A DNA stretch of 64,000 nt from positions 434,001-498,000 of the forward strand of contig JANJGN010000242.1 in assembly GCA_026770705.1 (NCBI GenBank), in the 5' to 3' direction. The first letter of the stretch is position 1; the number at the start of each line of letters is the position of its first letter. Below, one piece after another: positions 51,776-64,000 of this stretch. Position numbers and translations under genes: made by a program. The notes under the pieces are model-generated. The model was not told where the DNA came from and did no database searches. It was given only the letters and a program-made list of their open reading frames with translations. This stretch comes from Isurus oxyrinchus (taxonomy: Eukaryota).

Positions 51776-53289
51776 TTAACCGTTCTGCTTTTCGTTCAGC
51801 GAAGTGGCATAGGGGCTTTGTCACTGCACCAGTAACCCAGGTAATAACCCCCGTTCAAATCCCACCATGGCACTTGAATTTAACAGCTATCTCGAATTAC
51901 CTTCAGCGGGAAACCGCTCTTAAATGTCATGACAAAATCCATCTGGCTCGCAGATGGCTTGTCCGGCAGGGGACTCTAAACACTCAGCTAGTTAGAAGTG
52001 CAGACTCTCACTTGGCAGGGCTCTGTCATAAGCAGCGTGTCTACCGATCAGCTTTTATGCTCCCATCCAAATAATTTTGGAGTATAGAATCACTTAATTA
52101 TGGCCATACTCGGCATGTTGGTAAACATGGGTGCAGAGCGAATCAGAAATAAGGATTCATTTCCGGGACATTTCATCTGAAGTCGATTTGAGGAGTTGTA
52201 GGTTTCTGGTGAAAGGTCACAGACTGGGAACTTCATTCTCTTTCTGGTTATGCTTCCAGACTTTTGTTCTGGCGTTTCGAATTTGGTTAACATTTTGCTG
52301 CGAGATACACGAGAGGAGGGAGGAATTTCACCCGCAGGGCAATTGCAGGCGCATTCTTTTTGGTAACTATTTGGTCACATTTTGGGACGAGAATAAGTAT
52401 GCCCACATTGCGGACACTTCAGTTTAAGCACGGATTTTACTGTATAATTATATTAATGTTCTTTAAGAATCATCACACAACGGTACAAAAGAAACACGCA
52501 GGATCTCTCTCGGTTCCCTGGTACATCATCAGACAATGAAGCTTCCAACGTAGCAATTCATTTCCCCTTATATCTTAAACTTTACGTTCCCTTTTTTTCA
52601 CATTTTCTTTTTGCTGTTTTGGCTTTTTGCAATCGTGGGAACTTGCCCCAGACTCTCTAAATTTTCGGTTGTGCTCAGCCTGTTCATTTCCGCAGTCCTT
52701 TTACTGTTACTCACTGGGAACTGCCTTCCGGCTCTGACAATTTGGACTCTTTCCGCTCATTAACTGATCCTCTCCTGGGTTCACTGGGTGGAGTTTTCCC
52801 TCAGTTTTACATTATCGAAGTAATAGAATGCGGGGGAGAAATGTGCCATTCAACCTGTGTATATCATCAATTCCGGCCAAACCCCGCCAGGAATCTTATT
52901 GAACAATTACATCCAGCTCCCTGTGTTCTTCTGTTCGGTTCTCCCTTATGCATTTTCAAGTGTACCAATAAATATTCCAATACTGTCTCCAACCTCTCCC
53001 CGTGGCCGCAAGTTCCACATTCTGACCTGCCTTTGCTTCAATTCATTTGTCTTAAATGTTTTATTTGTTCTATTATTTACTCTCATATGTTGACGGCTAT
53101 TGCTTTAGACTCAGTGTGTCCAGACTAAAACCGGTCATTATTGAAAAGAATTCTGTGGATATTCTTCGTGGTTCTGTTTTCCGGAAAGAAGAGACTCAAC
53201 GTCTTCAATCTTCCCAGAGAGATGTGGATTGCTGCTGATTTCTTTATTCAGGAGTGTAGGAAATCAAGGCAGAGAATCCAGTCAATAGA

Positions 53290-53810
53290 AGCAGGAGCCC
53301 CCATATCAGCTTTCAAACCTGCTCAGCCATTCAGTAATATCCGGGCTGATTTACAACCTCAATGTCACATTCCTGCACTCTCCCCATATCCATGAGCCCA
53401 TTAATGTCCGAATAACTGGCGCATATTGCCTTGAATGCACACAGATTAAGAACATCCACAGCTCTCTGAGTTACGGAATGCCACCGATTCACAACAGTGG
53501 TTGTACTGAAGATACATTTTCCTTCTCAGATGACTCTTTATTCTGAAGCTGTGACCCCGAGTTCTATACTCCTCAGTCTGGGGAAACTCTGGCCCACAAT
53601 CTGCCTTGTCAAAGCCATTCAGTATATTAAATATTTTCATGAGATCACCTCTTATGCTACTAAACTCGAGGAAATATAGACCGAGATGACTCAATTTCTT
53701 TACATTGGTCAATCCCTTCATCTCAGGAATCAGTCTGATGAATCTTTGCTGCACTTCTTCCAATGCAAATTGATCTCCCTTCTGTAAGTGGAAGAAAACA
53801 TTACACAGTA
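53290..53810 (-). mobile_element. CR1-like LINE 3' fragment
   Basis: ORF 53446-53763. Confidence 0.78.
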
Positions 53811-54617
53811 TTTCGAACTGGAGTCAATTTCAGCCCTTCCCTCCATAAAGCTCATTCACCACGGAGTCAGATTGTACTTGTTTGTAATTGTTCCCTTATG
53901 TTCCTCACTGTCACACTGCACTGTGTAGCTTATTCACAGTAATCAGAAATACAGATACATTTCAGCAATCCCATCTCTCAAACATTTATTAGTCACAATA
54001 GATGAGTATCTGCTGTTCCAAATTTTCACATTTCGGTCTGAGGGCAGAAAAGGAGGAGAGTGTTTGGTTCTATGAAGACAATTGAAAGAAACGGCAGGTG
54101 CATTGTTACTAATTTTAGTCACTGATTTTCCAATAATAAAACTCCACCTGGACCCACAGTAGGGTGTCTTATATCTGAAGTCCCTTTTGTCACTCTGCCG
54201 TTTGTCTCCCGGGTGAGTTATTGAACGAGCCGCTGCAGGTTTCCGAATAGGCCGCAGTTTATTGAGTTTATTCACCCGGAGCCTCATTGATATTGCGCGG
54301 CACATACTGCAATCGGTTGCCCAGGAGGGGGCTCTGTGACCCAGCTGACGGGCTCTACGGGACAGGTCGAGCGTCCTCGGTCACAGTTAACACCGGGAGT
54401 GTGGTCTAGATTGTCGACAATCTGCACTTATTTAGAGCGATTCAGAGTGTGAGATTCCGTGATGTTGATGATGTCCCCGATGTGCGCGTTGATCCAATAA
54501 TGGTCCAGATTCCATCATCTCCCACATCCCACCCAAACACCGCTGATATCAATAATAAACTGACGGTGAACATTACCCGGGATAGTCTGTAACCCGGAGA
54601 GGTTTGGATTTACTTAG

Positions 54618-54674
54618 CGGCTGTGACAATCACCACCGTACTGGACCCATCCACAGAACCATATTTATAACCCA
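54618..54674 (-). pseudogene. NAR-TCR J segment B3, splice donor lost
   Basis: GSG>GSS; intact 23-RSS (heptamer 54675-54681); donor CTAAGT. Confidence 0.87.
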
Positions 54675-55053
54675 CACAGTGACACCGCACTCAGTGTCCC
54701 CTGTACAACAACCTTCGACACCTCAATCTGCTGGGAAGTCATCATCAGAACGTAGAAAATGCCCCAATTATTCAGCGGATTTAAATAAACAATATTCACC
54801 ATTTCAAAGTCTCTGTTGTTTCAAACTGTTGTTGTTAAGGCCCTGAGCTCTGAGTAAATGGTCCCGGTAACGAGATATTCGCTTCCCAAAAACCGAGAAA
54901 AATATGAAAGAAAGATACCAGAATAATGGAAATTACAGTGAATTGTTACCAGATTGCAGCGATAATAACATCAACCCGACAATTCACTATCCGGGCCCAG
55001 ATAATTTATATTGTGATCGTTCAGAGGTAATTTCTCAGGTCTCTCCCACTGTG

Positions 55054-55554
55054 ACTGTCCCAAAATAATGCTGCAGTAATATCTGGACTGAGCTTGACAG
55101 TAATAGGTGGCGCTGCCATCAATTCTCACATCCCGAATTTCCAGCGAAAATGTCTTTTCTGCTTTATTCGCGGGCGCAACAAATATCCCCCCGCCGGAGT
55201 TCCGCCCCCGCTCTGTCCCGGTCAGGGTTCGTTTGAAGAAATCCCCGCCCGTCAAACGACGAGCGAAAAAAATCACCAACGAACACACAGGTGATGGTGA
55301 GAGACTAACACTCGTTCCTGGTCACCGCTGCCGGGTTCTGTGTCACTGACTGGCTGAAAGAGCCTGGAAATTAAACAGAGAGAGTTTGATGGACCATCAG
55401 AGCCGAACCACAGAGCGGGGTTAAAACCCCAGACAGTGTCTGTAATAGGGATGGACTCGGGCAGCTTTATATTCAATCCACACAATGTCGGTTGGTTTGA
55501 TCGGTGCTCACGGGGTAAACAGACACACAGGTTGAAAACAAGGAGGATTCCCAT
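55054..55554 (-). pseudogene. Germline-joined NAR-TCR leader-VD pseudogene B3
   Basis: Leader 55512-55554; V from 55363; TAG in FR1 and +1 frameshift; junction YYCQAQSRYYCSIILGQ; 12-RSS heptamer 55047-55053. Confidence 0.9.
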
Positions 55555-57219
55555 CGTTCGGCTGCCTGGAGCTGAGGCTTTATATGACGGGGAGCTGGAG
55601 ACTGCAGCCCTGGACTGCACTGGGAGAACGGACCTCAGAGCTAGGACCTCTAGGGGGATCGAGTTCATTTGCACAGAGCAGTTTCGCTGAGAGTCATTGT
55701 TATGCCGCAGGCTTCCAGGGTCGCTGGTTAAGTTTTGTGTGAATAAGAGACAGGTTTCTGAAATTAGGCTGCAATTTTCAGACTCTACATTTGGATTGTG
55801 ATCCGGATGTGAAAGCCCCTCCCACAATACTCTGGTGGACGGGTGTGGGGGAGGGGGAGAGCTTTTCTTTCTGCCAGTGACGAACTGGGAGACCGGTGCA
55901 TGTATTTGTATTGGGTGGTGTTTGTCAAAGGTGGAACGTGGTCCAAGGACACCAGGTGAATCGCCCTGTTCCGGTCTTTTCCCAATATTCCGGAGATTGT
56001 TGCCTGGTTCTTGTGACCCTGGACAGGTATCTGCTGTTTCGCAAAAGGAAATCACAAGGTTTGCTTTAAATACCCCTAGGACCGCCCCTCTGCCAACACA
56101 GGAGTGACCTTGAGCTATGAGACCCACACGGGCTTCATTGATTAACCGGACCCCGTACAATTAAACCACTTCCCCCAAAACCATTGACCAAAACTTATTT
56201 CACTTGCAGCATTTCCAGTTCGGATAAAATTTTACCGATCTGAAACGTTACCTCTGATTCTCTCTCCACTGAGAAGCATCCTGACCGGATAAGCTTTACT
56301 TTCCCAGAATTTCCTGTTCTTTTATTTCAGATTTGCAGTATCTCTGGTTTTCGGCATTTCGATTATTGCATCGTGTGGGAGTGGATTGGAACCCCTGCTG
56401 TGTTTAACTTGTCTCTGAGCTGTGCTGATTATATTTGAACGATTCTAACGCCTCCTGTTCTTTGGCCTGTGCACGGGGGAGGGGGGGGGGGGCGAGGGAG
56501 GGGATGGGGGGGTGGGGGGGGGGGGTCGGTGGCGGGAGGGTACTTCGCACCGAGAGACTTGGCAAAAATTGTTGTTTTAAACATTTGCTTTATTCTTTCA
56601 TGGGATGTGGGCGTCGCTGGTTGGTCGCATTTATTGCCCTGCTCTTATTGCCCTTGTTCAAGGGCATTTAAGAGTCAAGCGCATTGAGGTGGGCCCGGAG
56701 TCTGATGTAGGCCAGACCAGGTAAGGGCAGTAGATGTCCCTCCCTGAAGCACATTAGTGAAGCAGGAGGGTTTATTAACGGAAATCGGCAATGGTTTAGT
56801 GGTCATCATTAGAATTGCAAATCCACATTATTAGGAGAATTGATGTTGCGCAGTGAATCCGGGATTGGAGAGTCAGCGTGTCTTTCAGGATCAGCCGCTG
56901 ACGTTTGAAATATTCAATCTTTGTCTTTCAGGAAGAAATGGCGAAGATTCGGGTTCTGAACATCTTTCAGAATGAAGGGGTTGTGAATTGCCTTCGATAT
57001 CACTGCACTGTGGTTACTCACCATCTTCCCTCAGTTCTGTTTTACCACCTCCAATATCGCTTGGAAGCTCTGAGCTGTTCACTGAGTATCGGAGCTCGGT
57101 GCTGGGGTACATGTTTCCACATGTCCCAGTCATGGCGTCTGCTGTTTTACACGAAAAAAACGATACGGTTCCCTTAATATTGATAGAGCCCTTCAATTCG
57201 ATATCTCGTTTATTGGTGT

Positions 57220-57423
57220 GCTGGACACTGCCGGATGCACACATGCACGCCGCACTCAGGTGCAGACACACACACGCATACACACACAACTTTAGCTATC
57301 TCCCCTCTGCTGGACTCTGTCATAACCTTTCTCTCTCTCTCTCTCTCAGACACACACACACACACCTTAAGCAATCTAACCACTGCTGGACACTGTCATA
57401 ATCACAAACACACACACATACAC

Positions 57424-57465
<42 letters not shown>

Positions 57466-57802
57466 ACATTTAGATAATCTACCTTCTGCTGGACACTGCC
57501 GGAATCTCTCTCACACACACGCACACAAACACACATACACACACACACCTTTAGCAAACTACCCTCGCATGGACACACACACACACACACAAACCTTTAG
57601 CAATCTGCCTTCTGCTGCACACTGTGATAATCACACACACACACACAAACGCACACACTTTACGAAATCTACCATCTGCTGCAGAGTGCCATAGTCACAC
57701 ACACAAACCTTTTGCAATTCACCTTCTGATGGACATGCCGGAAGCACGCACAGACACACACACACATTTAGATAATTTAACTTCTGCTGGACACTGCCTG
57801 CA

Positions 57803-57850
<48 letters not shown>

Positions 57851-58095
57851 TTTAGCAAGCTACCGTCGCTTACACACACAAACCTTAAGCAATCTGCCGT
57901 CTGCTGGACACTGTGATAATCACACACACACACGCACACACATACAAACTTTTAGCTCTGCTGGACACTGTGATAATCACACACACACACACGCACACAC
58001 ATTAAGCAATCTACCCTCTGCTGTAGAGTGTCATAATCTCACACACACACTTTCAGCAATTTAACTTCTGCTGGACACTGCCGGTATCACACTTC
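57220..58095. repeat. Compound CA/CT microsatellite-minisatellite block
   Basis: Direct inspection. Confidence 0.9.
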
Positions 58096-59619
58096 TTAAC
58101 CGTTCTGCTTTTCCTTCTGCGAAGTGTGATGCGGTGGCGCAGGGGCCTTGTCACTGCACCAGTAACCCAGGGTAATATCCCAAGTTCAAACCCCGCCATA
58201 GCACTTGAATTTAAAAATAATCTTGAATTACCTTCAGCGGGAAACCGCTGTTAACTGTCATGAAAAAAACTAACTGGCTCGCAGATGGCTTGTCCTGCAG
58301 GGGTCTCTAAACATGCAGCTAGTTAGAAATGCTGACTCTCAGTTGGCAGGGCTCTGTCATCAGCAGCGAGGCTACATATCAGCTTTTATGCTCCCATTCA
58401 AATAATTTTGGAGTATAAAAACAGATAATTATGGCCATAATCGGCAAGTTGGTAAACATGGCAGAGCGAATCAGAAATAAGAATTCATTTCCTTGACATT
58501 TCATCTGAACCAAATTTGAGGTGTTGGAAAATTCTGGTGAAAGGTCACAGGCTGGAAACTTCGTTCTCTTTCTGGTTATGCTTCCAGGCTTTTCATTTGG
58601 TGTTTCGAATTCGGATAACATTTTGCTGGGAGATACAAGAGAGGAGGGGGGCATATCACCCGCAGGGCAATCGTAGGCGCATTGTTTTAGGATCAATTTA
58701 GTCACATTTTGGGACGAGAATAAATATGCCCACATTGCGGACATTTCACTTTAAGCACGGATTTTACTGTATAATTATATTAATGTTCTTTAAGAATCAT
58801 CACACAACGGTACAAAAGAAACACGCAGGATCTCTCTCGGTTCCCTGGTACAACATCAGACAATGAAGCTCCCAACGTAGCAATTCATTTCCCCTTAATT
58901 TTTAAACTTTACGTTCCCTTTTTTTCACATTTTCATTGTGCTGTTTTGTCTTTTTGCAATCGTGCGAACTTGCCCCAAACTCTCTAAGTTGTCTGTTGGG
59001 CTCAGCCTGTTCAGTTTCCGCAGTGGTTTTTACTGTTACTCACTGGGAACTGCCGCTTCCGGCTCTCTGACAATTCATGCTCTTTCCGCTCATTAACTGA
59101 TCCTCTCCCGGGTTCACTGGGTGGAGATTTCTCTCAGTTTTACATTATCGAGGAAGAGGAATGCGGAGGGGAAATGGGCCATTCAACCTGTGTATATCAT
59201 CACTTCCGGTCAAACCCCACCAGGAATCTTATTGACCATTTACATCCAGTTCCCTGTGTTGTTCTGTTCCGTTCTCCCTCCTGCATTTTCAAGTGTTCCA
59301 CTAAATATATCAGTACTGTCTCCAACCTTTCCCCGTGGCAGCAACTTCCACATTCTGACCTGCCTTTGTTTCAATTAATTTGTCTTAAGTGTTTTATTTG
59401 TTCTGTTATTTACTATCATATGTTCAAGGCTATTGCTTTAGTCTCAGTGTGTCCAGACTGACACCGTCCTTTATTGACAAGATTTCTATGGATATTCCTC
59501 TTGGTTTTGTTTTCCAGAAAAAGGAGACCCAGCCTGTTCAATATTCCTAGATAGATATGGATTGTTGCTGATTTCTTTACTCAGGAGTGTAAGAAATCAG
59601 GGCAGAGAATCCAATCAAT

Positions 59620-60145
59620 AGAAGCAGAGGCCCACATATCACCTTTCAAACCTGCTCAGCCATTCAGTAATATCCGGGCTGATTTACAACCACCAGGTCA
59701 CATTCCCGCACTCTCCCCAGATCCCTGATCCCTTTACTGTCCGAAAACCTGGTTAATATACTCTTGAATGCACACAGATTATGAACACCCATATCTCTCT
59801 GAGTTACGGAATGCCACAGATTCACAACAACGGTTCTGCTGAAGATATTTTTTCCGTCTCAGATGACTCTTCATTCTGAAGCTGTGACTCCGAGTTCTAT
59901 ACTCCTCAGTCTGGGGAGACACCGACCCAGAATCTGCCCTGTCAAAGCCCTTCAGTATATTAGATGTGTTCATGAGATCACCATTCATTCTTCTAAACTC
60001 TAGGAAATATAGACCGAGACGTCACAATCTCTTCTCATTGGTCAATCCCTTCAACTCAGGAAGCAGTCTGATGAATCTTTGCTGCACTTCTTTCAATGCA
60101 GATTGATCTCCCTTCTGTCAGGGGAAGAAAGCTTTACACAGCATT
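59620..60145 (-). mobile_element. CR1-like LINE 3' fragment
   Basis: ORF 59779-59988. Confidence 0.75.
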
Positions 60146-61034
60146 TCGAACTGGAGTCTGTTTCAGCCCTTCCCTCCATAAAGCTCATTCACCACGGAGT
60201 CGGATTGTACTTTGAACGGCGCCCAGAAATCATCCAACCCTTCTCCCCCTTTCGATTATTTTTTAGCTTTCTGGTTCTGAATGAGCATTCTCCTAGTTTG
60301 TAATTGTTCCCTTATGTTCCTCATGCTCTCACTGCACTGTGTTGCTTATTCACAGTATTCAGGAATACAGATGCATTTCAGCAATCCCATCTCTCAAACA
60401 TTTATTTTTCATGTTAGATGAGTATCTGCATTTCCAAACTTTTACATTTCGGTCTGAGGGCCGAAAAGGGGAAGAGTGTTTGGTTCTTTGGAGACAATTG
60501 AAAGAAATGGCAGGTGCATTGCTACTAATTTTAGTCACTGATTTTCCAATAATATAATTCCACCTGGACCCACATTAGGGTGTCTTATATCTGAATTCCC
60601 TTTTGTCACTCTCCCGTTTTTCTCCTGGGTGAGTTATTGAACGAGCCTCTGCAGGTTTCCGATAGGCCGCAGTTTGTTCAGTTTATTGACCCGGTGCCTC
60701 ATTCATGTTGCGCGGCTCATACTGCAATCTGCTGCCCAGGAGGGAGCTCTATGACCCCGCTCCCGTGTTCTAAGGGACAGATAGAGCTCCATCGGTCACG
60801 GTTAACACCGGGAGTGGGGTCTGGATTGTCGATAATCTGCACTCATTAGAAGCGACTCAGATTGTGAGAGTTCGTGATGTTGATGTTATCCCCGATGTGC
60901 CCGTTGATGCAATAATTGTCCAGATCCAGTCAACTACCACATCCCACCCAAACCCTCCACTGATATCAATAATAAACTGACGGTGAACATTACCCGGGAT
61001 AGTCTGTAACCCGGCGGGCTTTGAAGTTGCTTAG

Positions 61035-61090
61035 CGGCTGTGACAATCACCGCCGTCCCGGATCCATACACAGAATCATATTTATAATCA
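61035..61090 (-). pseudogene. NAR-TCR J segment C3 (dead heptamer and donor)
   Basis: DYKYDSVYGSGTAVIVTA; heptamer AACAGTG (61091-61097); donor CTAAGC. Confidence 0.87.
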
Positions 61091-61472
61091 AACAGTGGCA
61101 CCGCTCTCAGTGTCCGCGGTACAACAACCATCGACACCTCAATCTGCTGGGAAGTCATCATCAGACAGTTGAAACTGCGCAATTATTCAGCGGATTTAAA
61201 TAAATAAACAATATTCATCATTTTAAAGTCTCGGTTGTTTCAAACTGTTGTTTGTAAGGCACTGAGCTGTGAGTAAATGGTCCCGGGAACGAGATATTCT
61301 CTTCATAAAAACCGAGAAAATTATGAAAGAAAGATAACAGAATGATTTAAACTACAATGCAATGTAACTAAATTACTGCGATAATAACATCAACCCGACA
61401 ATTCACTATCCGGGCTCGGAGAATTTATATTGTGATCGTTCAGAGGTATTTGCTCAGGTCTCTCCCACTGTG

Positions 61473-61971
61473 ACTGTCCCAAAATAATGTTGCCGTAGTA
61501 TCTGTACTGAGCATTACAGTAATAGGTGGTGCTGCCTTCAACTCTCACATCCCGAATTCCCAGCGAAAATGTCTTTTCTGCTTTATTCACCGACACAGCA
61601 AATCTCCCTCCGCTGGAGATCCGCTCCCGCTCTTTCCCGGTCTGGGTTTGTCTGAAGAAATCCCCGCCCGTCAAAGGACGGGCGAAAAAACCACCAGAGA
61701 AAACACAGGTAATGGTGAGAGACTGACACTCCTTCCTGATCACCGCTGCGGGAGTCTGCACCACTGACTGACCGACAGTGCCTGGAAGTTAAACAGAAAG
61801 AGTTTATGGAGCATCAGAGCCGAACCAGAGAACGGGGTTAAACCCCCAGACAGTGTCTGTAATTGGGATGGACTCGGCCAGCTTTATATTAAATCCCCAC
61901 AATGTCGGTTTGTCTGATCGGTATTCAAGGGGTAACCAGACACACAGGGTGAAAACAAAGAGGATTCCATT
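61473..61971 (-). pseudogene. Germline-joined NAR-TCR VD gene C3: open VD exon (61473-61781), defective leader
   Basis: VD open through YYCNAQYRYYGNIILGQ; 12-RSS CACAGTG-12-GCAAATACC (heptamer 61466-61472). Leader 61929-61971 has no in-frame ATG and a TT donor. Confidence 0.88.
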
Positions 61972-63879
61972 CGTTCGGCTGCCTGGAGCTGATTGTTTAT
62001 ATGACGGGAAGCTGGAGACTGCAGCCCTGGACTGCACTGGGAGACCGGACCTCAGTGCTGGGCTGAAATATTTTAGGGGGATCGAGTTGATTGGCACAGG
62101 GCGGTGTCGCTGAGATTGTTGATTTGCTGCACGGATCCCGGGTTGCTGGCTTAGTTTAGTGTGAATAAGAGAAAGGTTTATAAAAGGAGGCTGCAATTTT
62201 CTGACTCTACATTTGGATTGTGATCCGGATGTGAAAGCCCCTCCCACAATACTCTGGGGTACAGGGGTGGGGGGAGGGGAGATTTTCTTTCTGCCAGTTG
62301 GGCTGCCGCATTCCTTACCCCGCAGTGATGAACTAGGAGGTTGATGCATGTGCTGTACTGGGTGGTGGTTGTTTAAGGTGGAACGTGGGCCCAGGACGCA
62401 AGGAAAATTCCCCCTCCCCGCTCTTACTCCAGTATTGCGGAGATTGTTTAACATCATCCTGAAAGGGCTGGCGGGACCTCAGTTCGACTCCTGATCTGAA
62501 GTTCGGCGCCTCAGACCCGGCATCTTCCCTGGCCCAGCAACCGAGGAAAGGTTAGAATATGAAGTAGCCCAGTGACATTACCAATATCTTGGTAGGTCTG
62601 CACAACATGCACATAAACTAGTTATGGTTAGTTCAGTTCGCTGGATTGCGAGCTTGTCGTTCGGAAAAATGTAACAGCACTGGTTCTATTGGGGTTCTGC
62701 CTGAGGCAGTCTTGTGGCCTTCCTGCTCCTGCGGGTGGAAGGCAATTGTAAAGCAAAGCTAACAAGAAAGCAACTGCAGAAGCAACTGCAGAAAATCGGC
62801 CATTGGCGGAGCAGACAAAAAAATAATGCAAAGAACAAACTCCCCTCGTCATTGAAACAATTGCTTCCCATACCAGCTCTGCGGCGGATTACAGACAAAT
62901 GATGCTTCATGTCAGCTCTGTTTGATTTCCAGCTTGGGGACATTCAGAACTTCCGTTTGAACCGACACAGTTTGAAAAGACACCCGGAAGGGCAATGGAC
63001 TTTGGGGAAACACTGTGCTTGCAGCTTGCTTTAAAGTTCACATTCACTGCTTTCTGTTCTGAAAAAATGGGTTCTTTTTATTCGTTCACGCAATGTGGGC
63101 TTCGCTGGCAGGGCCAGTATTTATTGCCCATCCCTAGCTGCCTTTGAGAAGGTGGTGGTGAGCTGCCTTCTTGTCCACTGCAGACCCTGTCGTGTAAGAG
63201 CACCTGCTGTGCTGTTTGGGAGGCAGTTCCAGGATTTTGACCTAGTGGCAGCAGAGGAAAGGCGATATGTTTCGAACTCACGATGCTGAGTGATTCTGAG
63301 GTGTTAAGAATTATCTCTTACCCAGCAACAGCAACACTCGTCCCAATAAGCCCTATGACAAGGCCGAGGTCAAAGACTTCATAAACCTGCCTGCGCTGTT
63401 AGGGGAAATGCTGCGCAGAATTGAGGGCAGGGGCGGAAAGACCGTTAAGGGGCGAAAGGGACATTGAAACAGCTGCACATCTCACAAATAGGGCCGACAG
63501 CACGTCACATAGACGTGGCCGATTATTTGACCTTCAGCCGATGAAATCACAATTTTTTCTGCATGTCCGGCCAGTTGGTGAGTATTTTTTAATGTAATTG
63601 AAATGCGGCTTTGAGGCTACCACAGAGTGTAAAGTACTGTTTAAAATGAACATGTGCATGTCTAGTGCAGTATAAAAGTAATTAATATAAATAGGGATAT
63701 GGTCTGGAATGGTGTTAACAAAGACAGGGCTGGTGTGATATTAATAAATATCGGGTCTAATTCAGTAATCACTGAGGCGAGGCCTGTAGTGAAACATGTA
63801 GAAATGGCATCGTGTGCAACAGGGAACTTGATTAGAGCAGCCAGAACGAAGACAGGACCCCACGAAATCTAAATCGAGT

Positions 63880-64000
63880 CAAGAGTAGTGTTTTAAGTTC
63901 CTCCTTCCGGTTCAGCTCTTGATTTTCAAGTGCCTTTGGAAAGTTCTCTAAGTGTTCCACGGTAAAGACAGACACAAAATACTTGTGCAATGCCTCTGTG
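63880..64000 (-). mobile_element. CR1-like LINE ORF2 internal fragment (runs off the window)
   Basis: Paralogue of 19545-19660. Confidence 0.7.

Larger units (their letters stand above)
1..64000. repeat. Tandem segmental duplication, ~3 super-units (S1-S2 period 20843 bp; S2-S3 period 23536 bp), each built from ~6-kb sub-repeats
   Basis: Collinear recurrence of S, J, D, V, leader, LINE and microsatellite blocks. The window start matches ~20900 and the window end matches ~19660/43210. Confidence 0.95.

Noticed and set aside
55273-56160. 295-aa ORF across promoter, leader and intron (and similar 171-217 aa ORFs)
   Set aside because: Chance read-through around the leader exon; interrupted in paralogues, no domain signature.
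60934-61090. C-type J read-through giving a hydrophobic tail (VMFTVSLLLISV) as a membrane anchor
   Set aside because: The J heptamer is AACAGTG (not cleavable), the hydrophobic run is only ~12 aa, and the frame is shifted in the 37530 copy.
61390-61781. C3 as a functional pre-joined gene
   Set aside because: The leader has lost its in-frame ATG and GT donor, and the conserved Asp of the DxAxYYC motif is Gly.

Overview
Vertebrate genomic DNA, almost certainly from a cartilaginous fish (shark-type CR1 LINE/SINE debris; IgNAR-like V domains). The window is a minus-strand tandem array of NAR-TCR cassettes of the TCR-delta locus. It holds about three 21-24 kb super-units. Each ends in one leaderless 'supporting' TCR-delta V exon with a CDR1 cysteine and a 23-RSS (653-958, 21501-21801, 45037-45337). 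Upstream of each supporting V lie three or four leader-V-(D)-J mini-cassettes of an IgNAR-like V (10 V and 10 J in total). Only the cassette nearest each supporting V (type A: V at 4724-5009, 25565-25854, 49088-49377) has an intact leader, V-RSS, 12-D-12 and spliceable J. The main finding is that six of the other seven V genes are germline-joined V-D fusions. Both inner RSSs and the ~390-bp V-D spacer are gone precisely, V is trimmed, ~10 extra nucleotides are present, and the D keeps its 3' 12-RSS. The unjoined parental V and D are visible in the same window, and the leader intron is retained. This looks like a fixed RAG-type joining event in the germ line of a TCR locus that was later amplified and pseudogenised. 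Other observations: a tandem double 23-RSS behind one supporting V; J segments with good RSS but dead splice donors; a D/J 9-nt microhomology; and a reconstructable unequal crossover inside V exons. Most ORFs in the supplied track are artefacts of repeats or antisense frames. The real supporting-V exons are absent from the track because they have no start codon. All coordinates were counted by hand.
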